Origin: Bacteroidales bacterium
GTDB lineage: Bacteria; Bacteroidota; Bacteroidia; Bacteroidales; WCHB1-69
DNA: 60,719 bases
Assembly: GCA_017613015.1 (NCBI GenBank)
Contig: JAGAEQ010000005.1
Span: 1-60,719, forward strand
Direction of reading: 5' to 3'
Shown in pieces: positions 48,096-57,288 of this stretch. The translations under genes were made by a program, and so were the position numbers. The notes beneath the pieces were generated by a model. The model saw only the letters and a program-made list of their open reading frames with translations, made no database searches and had not been told where the DNA came from. Position 1 is the first letter of the stretch. Every line of letters begins with the position of its first letter.

Positions 48096-49194
48096 ATGGT
48101 ACAACAAGACGCTATGGAAGGGCTGCGTGAGCGGCTGGGCGAGTTACGGAGGTGTCTTTGACGTCGATCGTAAGCGGGAGGAGATAAAAACGAGGGAGAC
48201 GCAAACGCAGGAGGCCGGATTTTGGGATGACCCCAAGAAGGCTGAAGCCGAGCTAAAATCCATTAATTTGCTGAAAACATGGACGAAAGCCTACGATGAG
48301 GCGGAAAACGCCGTTTCGGAGGCAGAGGTGGCTTTGGAGTTTTTTGAAACCGGGGAGATGGAGGAGTCCGAGTGCGACCAGCATTATGCGAAAGCCCTGC
48401 AAGCGATAGAGGAACTGGAGTTCAAGAACATGATGAACGATGAGGAGGACCGTTTGTCGGCCACCCTCACCCTGAATTCCGGCGCGGGCGGCACCGAAAG
48501 CCAGGACTGGGCGGAGATGCTGCTGCGCATGTATGTGCGTTGGGCGGAGGACCACCACTACCAGGTGCGCGAGCTGGACCGTTTGGACGGGGACGTGGCT
48601 GGTATCAAATCTGTAACCATCGAAATAGAAGGGGATTACGTGTATGGAAACCTGAAAGGGGAGAGTGGCGTGCACCGGCTGGTGCGCATTTCCCCTTTTG
48701 ATTCCGCGGCACGCCGCCACACTTCCTTCGCCTCGGTCTTTGTGTGCCCTGTGGTGGACGACAACATCCAAATCGAAATCAAACCGGCGGACATCAGCTG
48801 GGACACTTTCCGTTCCGGAGGCCCCGGCGGCCAGAATGTGAACAAGGTGGAGACCGCCGTGCGCCTGCATCACCACCCGACGGGCATCGTCATAGAGTGC
48901 CAGGTCACCCGTTTCCAGTTGCAGAACAAGGAGAAAGCCCTGCAAATGCTGAAATCCCGGCTGTATGAGATGGAGTTGCAGAAAAAATATGCGAAAATCA
49001 GCGAAATGGAAAGCGGAAAGAAAAAAATCGAGTGGGGTTCCCAAATCCGCAATTACATTCTGCATCCCTATAAACTGGTGAAAGACAACCGGACAGGCAT
49101 GGAAACCTCCAACACTCAAGGGGTGCTGGACGGGGACATTGACGGCTTTTTGAAAGCCTACCTGATGGAATTCGGACGCGGGCGCGGACAATAA
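48096..49194 (+). CDS. prfB: Peptide chain release factor 2, expressed via a programmed +1 frameshift
   Basis: ATG 48096 gives [21 protein letters not shown]-stop. The +1 frame continues DVDRKREE... and contains GAGG.E..DW, SPF and GGQ. Confidence 0.97.
48148..48162 (+). other. prfB programmed frameshift site (GGAGG-TGT-CTT-TGA-C)
   Basis: Canonical CTT TGA C at 48156-48162 with a Shine-Dalgarno-like GGAGG 3 nt upstream. Confidence 0.95.
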
Positions 49195-49242
49195 CACGCC
49201 TTTTTCCGCGTTGTATAAGGCAGATGCTAAAACCTTTCAAAA

Positions 49243-50799
49243 ATGTCTGACCGTATCCGTATTTTGTGGGCCGATGACGAAATGGAGCTGTTGAACCCCT
49301 ATATCCGTTTTCTGGAGGCCAAAGGTTATGAAGTGATTCCCGTTTTAAGCGGCAACGAGGCCATAGACAAGCTGGACGGGGAGGTTGTGGACATTGTTTT
49401 TCTGGATGAGAACATGCCGGGCATATCGGGCATAGACACCATACAGCGTATCAAAAACAAACGTCCGTCGCTTCCTATCGTAATGATTACCAAGAGCGAA
49501 GAGGAGCGTATCATGGAAGAGGCCATAGGCTCCAACATCAGCGATTATCTGGTGAAGCCGGTGCAGCCGATGCAGATTCTGCATTGTTTGAAAAAGCACA
49601 CGGAGAACCAGCGGCTTATCACGGAAAAAAGCACCCTGGACTACCAGCAGTCGTTCAGGGAGTTGTCGTTCAAGATGATGGAGGCCCGCACGCCGGACGA
49701 CTGGAAGGACATTTACCGCGACATGGTGTATTGGGAGATGGAACTGGGCAAAAGCACCGACACCAACATCCGGGAAATTTACTATACCCAAAAAAAAGAG
49801 GCCAACACCCTGTTTTCCAAATTTATCGCCAAAAATTACACGGATTGGCTAGGCGGAAAGGACGCGCAGCGTCCGCTGATGTCGCATACCTTGCTGAGAG
49901 AGTGTATGTTCCCCTGCCTTAACGAGGCGGCACCCACCGTGCTGTTGGTGATAGACAACCTCCGTTACGACCATTGGCGCGCCATTCACCCCTTGGTTTC
50001 CGAATACTATCGGGTGGACCGTGACGAATTGTATTACAGTATTCTGCCGACGGCCACGCAATACGCCCGCAACAGCCTTTTCGCCGGACTGCTCCCTTCC
50101 CAGATTGAAAAAATCTATCCCGATTTGTGGCTGAACGAGAACGACGAGGGCAACAAAAACATGAAGGAGCCCGAACTGCTGTCCTCCTACCTGAAACGTT
50201 GCGGCAAAAACCTGAAACACTATTATTACAAGGTACTGAATGTGGATTTCGGCAAGAAAGTCAATGAGCGTTTCGCCTCCCTGCTGGATAACTCCCTGAT
50301 TGTCGGCGTGTACAATTTTGTGGACATGCTTTCCCATGCCCACGCGGAAACCGACGTGATACGGCATCTGGCCAACGACGAACAGTCCTACCGGGGGGTG
50401 GTGAAATCCTGGTTCGAGCATTCGCAGGTGCTTGAGCTGCTGCGTTATCTGTCGGAGAAGAAAATCCGGGTCTTCATCACCACGGATCACGGCACCATAC
50501 GCATCAAAAATCCGGTCCGCATTCAGGCTGACCGGGAGACTAACACCAACCTGCGCTACAAGGTGGGGCGCAACCTTTCCCTGGACGATCGCGATGTGTT
50601 TGTGGTCTCCAATCCCGATGCGGTCTACCTGCCCCGGCTCAACGTGTCCTCCAAGTACGTTTTCGCCACCAACGAGCAGTTTTTTGTGTATCCGAATAAT
50701 TTCACCCATTTCTCCAATTATTACAAAAACACCTTCCAGCACGGGGGTGTTTCCATGGAAGAAATGCTGGTGCCGTTTATCAGTCTTACCCCCCGTTGA
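49243..50799 (+). CDS. porX: T9SS response regulator PorX (receiver plus PglZ/alkaline-phosphatase-like domain)
   Basis: Receiver domain (W.DDE, FLDENMPG, ITKSEEE, KP) and PglZ motifs IDNLRYD, PTATQYARN, TDHG and QHGG.S.EEM. Confidence 0.93.
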   Translation: MSDRIRILWADDEMELLNPYIRFLEAKGYEVIPVLSGNEAIDKLDGEVVDIVFLDENMPGISGIDTIQRIKNKRPSLPIVMITKSEEERIMEEAIGSNISDYLVKPVQPMQILHCLKKHTENQRLITEKSTLDYQQSFRELSFKMMEARTPDDWKDIYRDMVYWEMELGKSTDTNIREIYYTQKKEANTLFSKFIAKNYTDWLGGKDAQRPLMSHTLLRECMFPCLNEAAPTVLLVIDNLRYDHWRAIHPLVSEYYRVDRDELYYSILPTATQYARNSLFAGLLPSQIEKIYPDLWLNENDEGNKNMKEPELLSSYLKRCGKNLKHYYYKVLNVDFGKKVNERFASLLDNSLIVGVYNFVDMLSHAHAETDVIRHLANDEQSYRGVVKSWFEHSQVLELLRYLSEKKIRVFITTDHGTIRIKNPVRIQADRETNTNLRYKVGRNLSLDDRDVFVVSNPDAVYLPRLNVSSKYVFATNEQFFVYPNNFTHFSNYYKNTFQHGGVSMEEMLVPFISLTPR

Positions 50800-50801
50800 T
50801 T

Positions 50802-52088
50802 ATGCGTTTGGACAGAAGCCTTGCGCCTGCGTTGCATCCCTTTGCGTATCCCGGCCTGTGTGCGCCGGAGCCCTTGCGCTTGTCCAACGGCATCCCGTGC
50901 AGCCTCTTTCACCAGGAGGATTACCGCATTGTCCGTCTGGACCTTCGTGTGCAGGCGGGGGCTTGCCATCAGTCCGAGCCCGGCCTGGCCTTGGCAACCG
51001 TCAAAATGTTGCAGGAAGGCACGCAGGCGCATCCTTCGGAAAGCTGGATGGAATGCCTGGATTTTGAAGGGGCTTTTCTGGAACTGACCTCCAACCGCGA
51101 TACCGCCTGCATCAGCGTGCATTTCCCTTCCGAAGCGGCGGAGCCCGTGCTGAACCTGTTGAAGGAAATGCTTTTGTGTCCGCTTTTTTCCGAGGAACGT
51201 CTGCGCATTGTGCAGGTGCAGCAGCAGCAGACCTTGGCCATACATGCGGAGAAAACCGCCTATGTGGCCTACCGCGCCTTGGCGGAAGCCTTGTTCGGGA
51301 GCACGCATCCCTACGGGAGCCATTTGAAGGTCGAGGATGTGGAAGCCTGGGACACTGCCCGTATCGCCGGTTTTTTCAAGCGGCATTACGTGCCCTCCGC
51401 CATGCGCGTTTATGTGGCGGGGAACCTGACACCGGCCTTGCGCCGTCAGTTGGACCGGACATTGGGCTCCCTTCCCTGTGGCGGGGAGGTGGCGAAGCCT
51501 GTCGTCGGCAGGGATTTTCTTCCGCCGGTGCGGAAAAGGATAGCGAAAGCGGGCAGCGTGCAGTCCAGCATCTGCATGGGGCGCGTGGTGTGCAACCGCG
51601 CCCATCCGGATTGGATGCGGCTTTGCGTCACCAACCGTATTTTGGGAGGCTATTTCGGATCCCGCCTGATGACCGAGATACGGGAGCGCAGCGGTCTGGC
51701 CTACGGCATCTATTCCCATGCGGTATCCCTGCAACACGCGGGTATGCTGTATATCGCCGCCGATGTCAATGCGGAGGCGGAGACGGAAGCCGTGGCGAAA
51801 ATACGGGCGGAAATGCGGCGGCTTTGCGATGAGCCCATGCCGGAAGAGGAGCTTGCCCGGGTCAAACGCTACGAGTCCGGCAGCCTGCTCCGCAGTTTCG
51901 ACGGTTTGTTCGCCCAGATGGAACGCTGCATGGAAGCGGACGCCTTTGGCATGGACGCCTCCTATTGGGAACGGTATTTTCAGACCTTGGCCGCCTTCAC
52001 CTGCGAGGATGTGCGGGAGACGGCGCGTCGTTATTTGGATCCGAATCAGATGAGTGAAGTGGTGGTAGGGCCGCCACGCAATACATAA
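50802..52088 (+). CDS. M16 (pitrilysin) family peptidase-like subunit lacking HxxEH
   Basis: L.NG, EGT, HPYG and LGG.F.SRL...IRE..G..YG motifs. No HxxEH in the N-terminal domain. Confidence 0.85.
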   Translation: MRLDRSLAPALHPFAYPGLCAPEPLRLSNGIPCSLFHQEDYRIVRLDLRVQAGACHQSEPGLALATVKMLQEGTQAHPSESWMECLDFEGAFLELTSNRDTACISVHFPSEAAEPVLNLLKEMLLCPLFSEERLRIVQVQQQQTLAIHAEKTAYVAYRALAEALFGSTHPYGSHLKVEDVEAWDTARIAGFFKRHYVPSAMRVYVAGNLTPALRRQLDRTLGSLPCGGEVAKPVVGRDFLPPVRKRIAKAGSVQSSICMGRVVCNRAHPDWMRLCVTNRILGGYFGSRLMTEIRERSGLAYGIYSHAVSLQHAGMLYIAADVNAEAETEAVAKIRAEMRRLCDEPMPEEELARVKRYESGSLLRSFDGLFAQMERCMEADAFGMDASYWERYFQTLAAFTCEDVRETARRYLDPNQMSEVVVGPPRNT

Positions 52089-52097
52089 ACCGAAGCT

Positions 52098-53261
52098 ATG
52101 GAAACCCATGCGAAAATTTTAGTGGTCGATGACGAGACTTCCATTTGTGAAGCTTTAAAGGAAGTGCTTGAATATGAATCTTATGCCGTAACTACGGCGA
52201 CAAAGGCGGCGGACGCGTTGAACATACTGGAGAACGAGGCTTACGATGCCGTGATCAGTGACATAAAAATGCCCGAAACGGACGGCTTGGAGCTTTTGGA
52301 GAAAATCCGCCAGCTCAGTGATGTGCCCGTGCTGATGATGACGGGGCACGGGGATATAGAGACCGCCGTCACCGCTTTGAAGTCAGGCGCGTTTGACTTT
52401 ATCACCAAACCTTTGGATTTGAACCGTTTGCTTATTTCCGTGCGGCATGCTTTGGAACGCCAGTCCCTGGTCAGGGAAACTCGTCAGCTGAAACGCAAGG
52501 TGAATCGCCGCTACGACATCATTGGGGAATCCCCGGCCATTCAGGAGCTGAAGACCATCATTGACAAAGTCGCTCCGACGGAGGCCAGGGTGCTGATTAC
52601 CGGAGAGAACGGCACGGGCAAGGAGTTGGTGGCGCATTGGCTGCATGAGAAAAGTCCCCGCGCCGGACAGGCTTTCGTGGAGGTGAATTGCGCGGCTATT
52701 CCTTCAGAATTGATTGAAAGCGAGTTGTTCGGACACGAAAAGGGGTCGTTTACCTCGGCCATCAGGCAGCGCAAGGGCAATTTCGAGCTGGCCGATCACG
52801 GGACTTTGTTTCTGGACGAGGTGGGGGACATGAGCCTTTCCGCCCAAGCCAAGGTGCTGCGGGCCTTGCAGGAGAACCAGATCATGCGCGTGGGTGGAGA
52901 GAAGAAAATCCCTGTTGATGTGCGGGTGATTTCGGCCACCAACAAGGATTTGCGCCAGGAAATCGAGGACAAGAACTTCCGGGAGGACCTGTACCACCGC
53001 CTGGGGGTGATTCTGATTCATGTGCCGGCTTTGCGGGAGCGTCTGGAGGACATTCCGCTTTTGGCGGAGCATTTCATGCAGCTGGCCTGCGAACAGCAGA
53101 ACATGCCCCGGCGGCAGTTCACCGAAAGCGCTTACGAGGCCTTGAAAAGCCTTCCGTGGCGCGGAAACATCCGCGAATTGGGCAACATGGTGGAGCGCCT
53201 GCTGATTCTCTGCGACACCGCCATCACCGGTGACGACGTACTGCGCTATGCCAACCGGTGA
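52098..53261 (+). CDS. NtrC/NtrX-like response regulator with sigma54-activator AAA+ domain and no C-terminal HTH
   Basis: Receiver (VVDDE, SDIKMP, TGHG, KP), GENGTGKE, ESELFGHEKGSFTSA, FLDE and WRGNIREL. The protein ends right after the AAA domain. Confidence 0.92.
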   Translation: METHAKILVVDDETSICEALKEVLEYESYAVTTATKAADALNILENEAYDAVISDIKMPETDGLELLEKIRQLSDVPVLMMTGHGDIETAVTALKSGAFDFITKPLDLNRLLISVRHALERQSLVRETRQLKRKVNRRYDIIGESPAIQELKTIIDKVAPTEARVLITGENGTGKELVAHWLHEKSPRAGQAFVEVNCAAIPSELIESELFGHEKGSFTSAIRQRKGNFELADHGTLFLDEVGDMSLSAQAKVLRALQENQIMRVGGEKKIPVDVRVISATNKDLRQEIEDKNFREDLYHRLGVILIHVPALRERLEDIPLLAEHFMQLACEQQNMPRRQFTESAYEALKSLPWRGNIRELGNMVERLLILCDTAITGDDVLRYANR

Positions 53262-53502
53262 TAACGGAAATTCCATGGAAAAGAAACACTTTCCCGGCAA
53301 CGAAGTCCTTCGTTGCTTCCATTACGCCGCGAGTGAACGTGTCGGATAATTGGAAATAGTGAACTTCATTCCAAAAAATGGCAGAAAATATGCAATAACG
53401 GCGTTTCTGGGGAATTTGAAATTCAAAACTCTGGATACCGGACAGAATCCGGGATAATGCCTAGACGGTTATGGATATGTTGCGTTGAGTGAAAACGTAC
53501 GC

Positions 53503-54498
53503 TTACTCCTCCATGACTAACAGGTTGCAGCCGCGGAGGTCGGCCTGGTCGAAGCGGCCCATGACGGAGAAGCGTCCGTCGGGGGCTATCCGTCCGATGT
53601 CCTGTGTGGCGATGAAAGAGCAGCTGTAAAGATTCGCCAAGTCAATGATGTTCAGACCGCCGTTGCGCCCAGGCTCATGGGTGATGCGCAAGGGATCGTA
53701 CATGTCGCGCGTCAGCACCCGCATCCAAGGGGGGCAGCGGAAGAGTTCCCCTCCGTCGCTGTATGCCTGGGAAAGCAGTTCTGCCATGCCGTATTCAGAA
53801 CGGATTCGCGCTACACCCAAACCTTCGCACAGCCGCTGGTGCAGCTCCTCGCGCAGCAGCTCCTTGCGGCGGCCTTTCATGCCGCCGGTCTCGAACACCA
53901 TCAGTTCCGGCAGGTGGAAGCGGTGATGTTCCACCAAATCCAGCAGCGCAAAACTCACCCCGAAAAGGATGGTGCGCTGCCCTTGCGCGGCCAAAAGCTC
54001 CAGATTTTCAGACAAAGTGTCCAATTGGTGGAGGTAAAATCGGTTCATGGGGTGACCGCTCTCTTCCATGAGGCTTTGCACCATGTAAAGCAGCGAAGAG
54101 CCTTGCCGTTCCAGATAGGAGGGGAGCAGGGCCAAAATGGCGAAATCCTTGGGGTCGCCCACCATTTGCCGGAAGGTTTCCCGGAAACTGCGGCGGTAAA
54201 TGGCCAGGGACTGCACGTGGTGGCGTGAAGGGGTCATACCGGTGGTGCCGCTGCTGGTGAACACCGCTTCCGCCGGGCTGTCGCCGCCGTAGACGGTTTG
54301 GGTCTTGAAAAATCCGATGGGGAGAAACGGAATCTCTTCCACCGAGCGCACTCGCTCCGGGTTGTGTCCGATGCCGTCCGCGTAGTGGCGGTATACGTCG
54401 CAGCGGGCGTATTGGAAACGGAAAGTCTCCAAGGCCAGCTCCTCGAATCCGGCTTCGTCCCGAAGGTGGAAAATACGTTCCGCTAATGTTCTTTCCAT
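53503..54498 (-). CDS. LuxE-like acyl-protein synthetase / acyl transferase
   Basis: Motifs IPFLPI..FK, FTSSGTT, ETGGMKG, EYGM.EL.SQ and DLAN..SCSFIATQD.G, ending in RGC. Start is MERTL at 54498. Confidence 0.85.
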   Translation of the reverse strand: MERTLAERIFHLRDEAGFEELALETFRFQYARCDVYRHYADGIGHNPERVRSVEEIPFLPIGFFKTQTVYGGDSPAEAVFTSSGTTGMTPSRHHVQSLAIYRRSFRETFRQMVGDPKDFAILALLPSYLERQGSSLLYMVQSLMEESGHPMNRFYLHQLDTLSENLELLAAQGQRTILFGVSFALLDLVEHHRFHLPELMVFETGGMKGRRKELLREELHQRLCEGLGVARIRSEYGMAELLSQAYSDGGELFRCPPWMRVLTRDMYDPLRITHEPGRNGGLNIIDLANLYSCSFIATQDIGRIAPDGRFSVMGRFDQADLRGCNLLVMEE

Positions 54499-56525
54499 AA
54501 GCGCAGCAAAAAGGTCTCCGCCGCAAGCAGCAGCAGGGCCGCCCATAGCCAGCCCCCCTGGGCTTTCCGGGCAGTTCCGGCCTGTTCCGCCAAGGTTCCC
54601 ATGGTGAGGCGTCTTGCGTTCAGTACCTGGGTGTTGCGCGTGTTGCGGCAGTATTTTTTCATATCGTTGGGCTGCCAGTATTCCAGCTCGGATTCCCGGC
54701 GGTCGTAGTTGAAGGCGATGGCCGAGACCGCCGTGTCCCGCTGGCACAGCAGGTAGTTGCCCGCTTCCCGGATTTGGTCATGCACAAACAGGTCGCATTG
54801 GTTGTAGGTGCGGCGCAGTTCGGGAATGCAGGAGAAGCTCCCGTTCCCGTTGCGCAGCGTGGGCAGCTCCTCCGGGGAAAGGGCGTCCTTCTCGACGGGC
54901 ACCGGTTCGTTGGAGCCTATGGTGTGGCAGATGCGGGTGGGTTCGTTGGTGAACAGGGCCATGTTGTACAGGCTGGGGACGAACAGGGCGTGGCGCGGAA
55001 AGGTGGTGAAAACCTCGTCTATGGGTGCGCTCAACAGGTACACGCAGCCGGAGCCCAAGTGCTGCACACTCAAAAAGTCGTCTCCGTTCTCCAGACGGAG
55101 CAGGCTCTCCTTTCCGGCTCCCAAGGTGTTCTCGCAGCGGTAGTGCTTGTAAACCACCGGCATGTCCATGTTCTCGGCGGGCGCGTCCATGGCTTCCGCG
55201 TACAGGCGGTGCTCCCAGCGGATGTCCGCCACTTTGCTTCTCTGGGTGTCCAGCCTGGTGAATGCGCCTAAACCGAAGGTGCGGTTCGCTTCGTTTTGCA
55301 GGGCTTTATCCGCCTGTTTCCCCGGAACAAGCAGCAGGTTGCCCCCGTTCTCCACGTATTCGCGCAGGGCTTGCAGGCAGCCGCTTCCGGCATTTTCCAT
55401 CTGGTCCAGAATCAGCAGCCGCTGGTTTTCCAACTGGCTGTAGTCCAATTGTTGCAAAGGCATGTTCAGGTAGGCGATGGCCGGATCGTCCGCAAAAAGG
55501 GCGTTCAGGTAGGGATTCTCTTTTCCGCCGCAGATGCAGCAGACCGGCAGGCGGTTGCGGGTCCGGAAGGAAAAATAGAAACGATCGTCGAAAGTGACGG
55601 GATAGTCCGTCAGCTCTATCCACGCTTGCTGCAGGCCCTCGCCCTCCGGCGTGAATGTCAGGTCAAGAAGGGCGCGGCCCCCGGCTTTGATGTCGGCGGT
55701 GGCGATGGCTTTCTGCCGTCCGTTCACAAACAGTTTCACCGGCACCTTCTCCAAATCGTTCCGTCCCGAATGGCGCAGCACGGCTCGCAGACGGCATTCC
55801 TGTCCGCTGAGGAAGAGGGGAGACTCGAACCAGCAGCTGTCGACGAAGAGGTTGTCGGCGGTGGCGGCGTGCAGGGGCACAAAATGCACCAGTACCGTGG
55901 TGTCCGTGGGAAGTTGCGTCAAAGGGCAGGTGGATTGCTGGAAATCGGAGAGGAGGAAAAGTTGCCTGTTCTTCCCTTTTCCCGTGCTCAGGCAACGGAA
56001 GCCGTAGCGCATCATTTCGTCCAATGACTGGCTGCACGGGCTGGTTTGCAAGGCGGCGATTTCTTTTTTTATGTCCGATTTGCTTAAAAAACGGCTGTGT
56101 CGCCCCTCCTTGTCGTTGGTGAGGAGCATAAAGGCGTCCGACTCCCCGAAAGCGTCCACGATGTCCAAGGCCTTGTTTTTGGCTTCGTTCAGCAGGTTTC
56201 CCTCGGCGGAGGCGTTTTCCATGGAAAACGAATTGTCGACATATATCTGGATGTGCGCGCTGCCGCTATGGAAGGCATCCGTCCCCTTGTTGCGGAAAGG
56301 TTGGGCGAAAGCCAGCACAATGCAAATCACGGTAAGAATGCGCAGACTGAGGATGAGGCGTTTGCGCAGGTTGGACTGGCGTTTGTTCTCCGCTTGCAAT
56401 GCCTGTAGAAAGTGGGTGTCGGAGAAATACAGGGTGCGGTATTTCCGGAAGTGGAAAAGATGCACCGCCACCGGAATGCCGATAAGCAGAAGTCCCCATA
56501 AGAAAGCAGGATGCACAAACGACAT
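54483..56525 (-). CDS. BatA-domain (N-terminal double TM), vWA, Ig-like and GATase-like membrane protein
   Basis: MSF.HP..LW.L....IP..VHL.....Y....F, MIDAS DNSFSM, LLSDFQ, YVENGGNLL, N....ES.L and a C-terminal TM with E. Confidence 0.85.
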   Translation of the reverse strand: MSFVHPAFLWGLLLIGIPVAVHLFHFRKYRTLYFSDTHFLQALQAENKRQSNLRKRLILSLRILTVICIVLAFAQPFRNKGTDAFHSGSAHIQIYVDNSFSMENASAEGNLLNEAKNKALDIVDAFGESDAFMLLTNDKEGRHSRFLSKSDIKKEIAALQTSPCSQSLDEMMRYGFRCLSTGKGKNRQLFLLSDFQQSTCPLTQLPTDTTVLVHFVPLHAATADNLFVDSCWFESPLFLSGQECRLRAVLRHSGRNDLEKVPVKLFVNGRQKAIATADIKAGGRALLDLTFTPEGEGLQQAWIELTDYPVTFDDRFYFSFRTRNRLPVCCICGGKENPYLNALFADDPAIAYLNMPLQQLDYSQLENQRLLILDQMENAGSGCLQALREYVENGGNLLLVPGKQADKALQNEANRTFGLGAFTRLDTQRSKVADIRWEHRLYAEAMDAPAENMDMPVVYKHYRCENTLGAGKESLLRLENGDDFLSVQHLGSGCVYLLSAPIDEVFTTFPRHALFVPSLYNMALFTNEPTRICHTIGSNEPVPVEKDALSPEELPTLRNGNGSFSCIPELRRTYNQCDLFVHDQIREAGNYLLCQRDTAVSAIAFNYDRRESELEYWQPNDMKKYCRNTRNTQVLNARRLTMGTLAEQAGTARKAQGGWLWAALLLLAAETFLLRLWKEH

Positions 56526-56540
56526 GAGGCAGCGTCCGGC

Positions 56541-57269
56541 TTAGGATGAATGGGTGAGTTGGTGGAAAACGGCTTCCAAGCTGAATTCGCCCTTTCCGGA
56601 AGCCTCCGCCTGTTTTTTCAGATGCTCCAAGCTGTCGTCGGCTTTGATGCGGCCTTGGTCGATGATGATCACGCGTTGGCACATGGCTTCCACTTCCTGC
56701 ATGACGTGGGTGGAAAGCAGCACGGTGGAGGTCTGCGCGGTGTCCCGTATCAGCTGGCGTATGTCAATCAGCTGGTTGGGATCCAGTCCGGAGGTGGGTT
56801 CGTCCAAAATAAGGACTTCCGGTTCGTGGATGAGCGCGTGGGCCAGCCCCACCCGTTGGCGGTAGCCTTTGGAGAGCATGGCGATTTTTTTGTGCTGCTC
56901 CTTGCCCAGACCAGTGATGGCTATCATGTCCTCCACCCGTTTTTTGATGCGGTCCATGCCGTAGATGCCGGCCACCCATTCCAGACTTTCCCGCACATAC
57001 ATGTCTAAGTAGAGCGGATTGTTTTCCGGAAGATAGCCGATGCGTTTCTTCACTTGCAGCGGATTTTCCAGCACCGAGTGTCCGCAGACTTCGCAGGTGC
57101 CGGAGGTGGGGCGTTTGTAGCAGGTGATGATTTTCATCAGGGTGGATTTTCCCGCCCCGTTGGGTCCCAACAGACCTACAATTTCCCCGCTTTTGATTTC
57201 GAACGACACATCGTCCAGGGCTTTCTGGGTGTCGTATGCTTTACTGATGTGTTTGACAGATATAGACAT
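56541..57269 (-). CDS. gldA: ABC transporter ATP-binding protein, GldA-like
   Basis: GPNGAGKST, GYLPENNPLY, the GldA-type signature LSKGYRQRVG, and DEPTSGLDPNQ. Confidence 0.75.
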   Translation of the reverse strand: MSISVKHISKAYDTQKALDDVSFEIKSGEIVGLLGPNGAGKSTLMKIITCYKRPTSGTCEVCGHSVLENPLQVKKRIGYLPENNPLYLDMYVRESLEWVAGIYGMDRIKKRVEDMIAITGLGKEQHKKIAMLSKGYRQRVGLAHALIHEPEVLILDEPTSGLDPNQLIDIRQLIRDTAQTSTVLLSTHVMQEVEAMCQRVIIIDQGRIKADDSLEHLKKQAEASGKGEFSLEAVFHQLTHSS

Positions 57270-57288
57270 GCTTGCAGCTTTCTATGGA

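Noticed and set aside
48159-48161. In-frame TGA in prfB as a pseudogene, selenocysteine or recoded stop
   Set aside because: Fully explained by the canonical CTT-TGA-C +1 frameshift. Other genes terminate normally at TGA, TAG and TAA, so there is no sign of an alternative genetic code.
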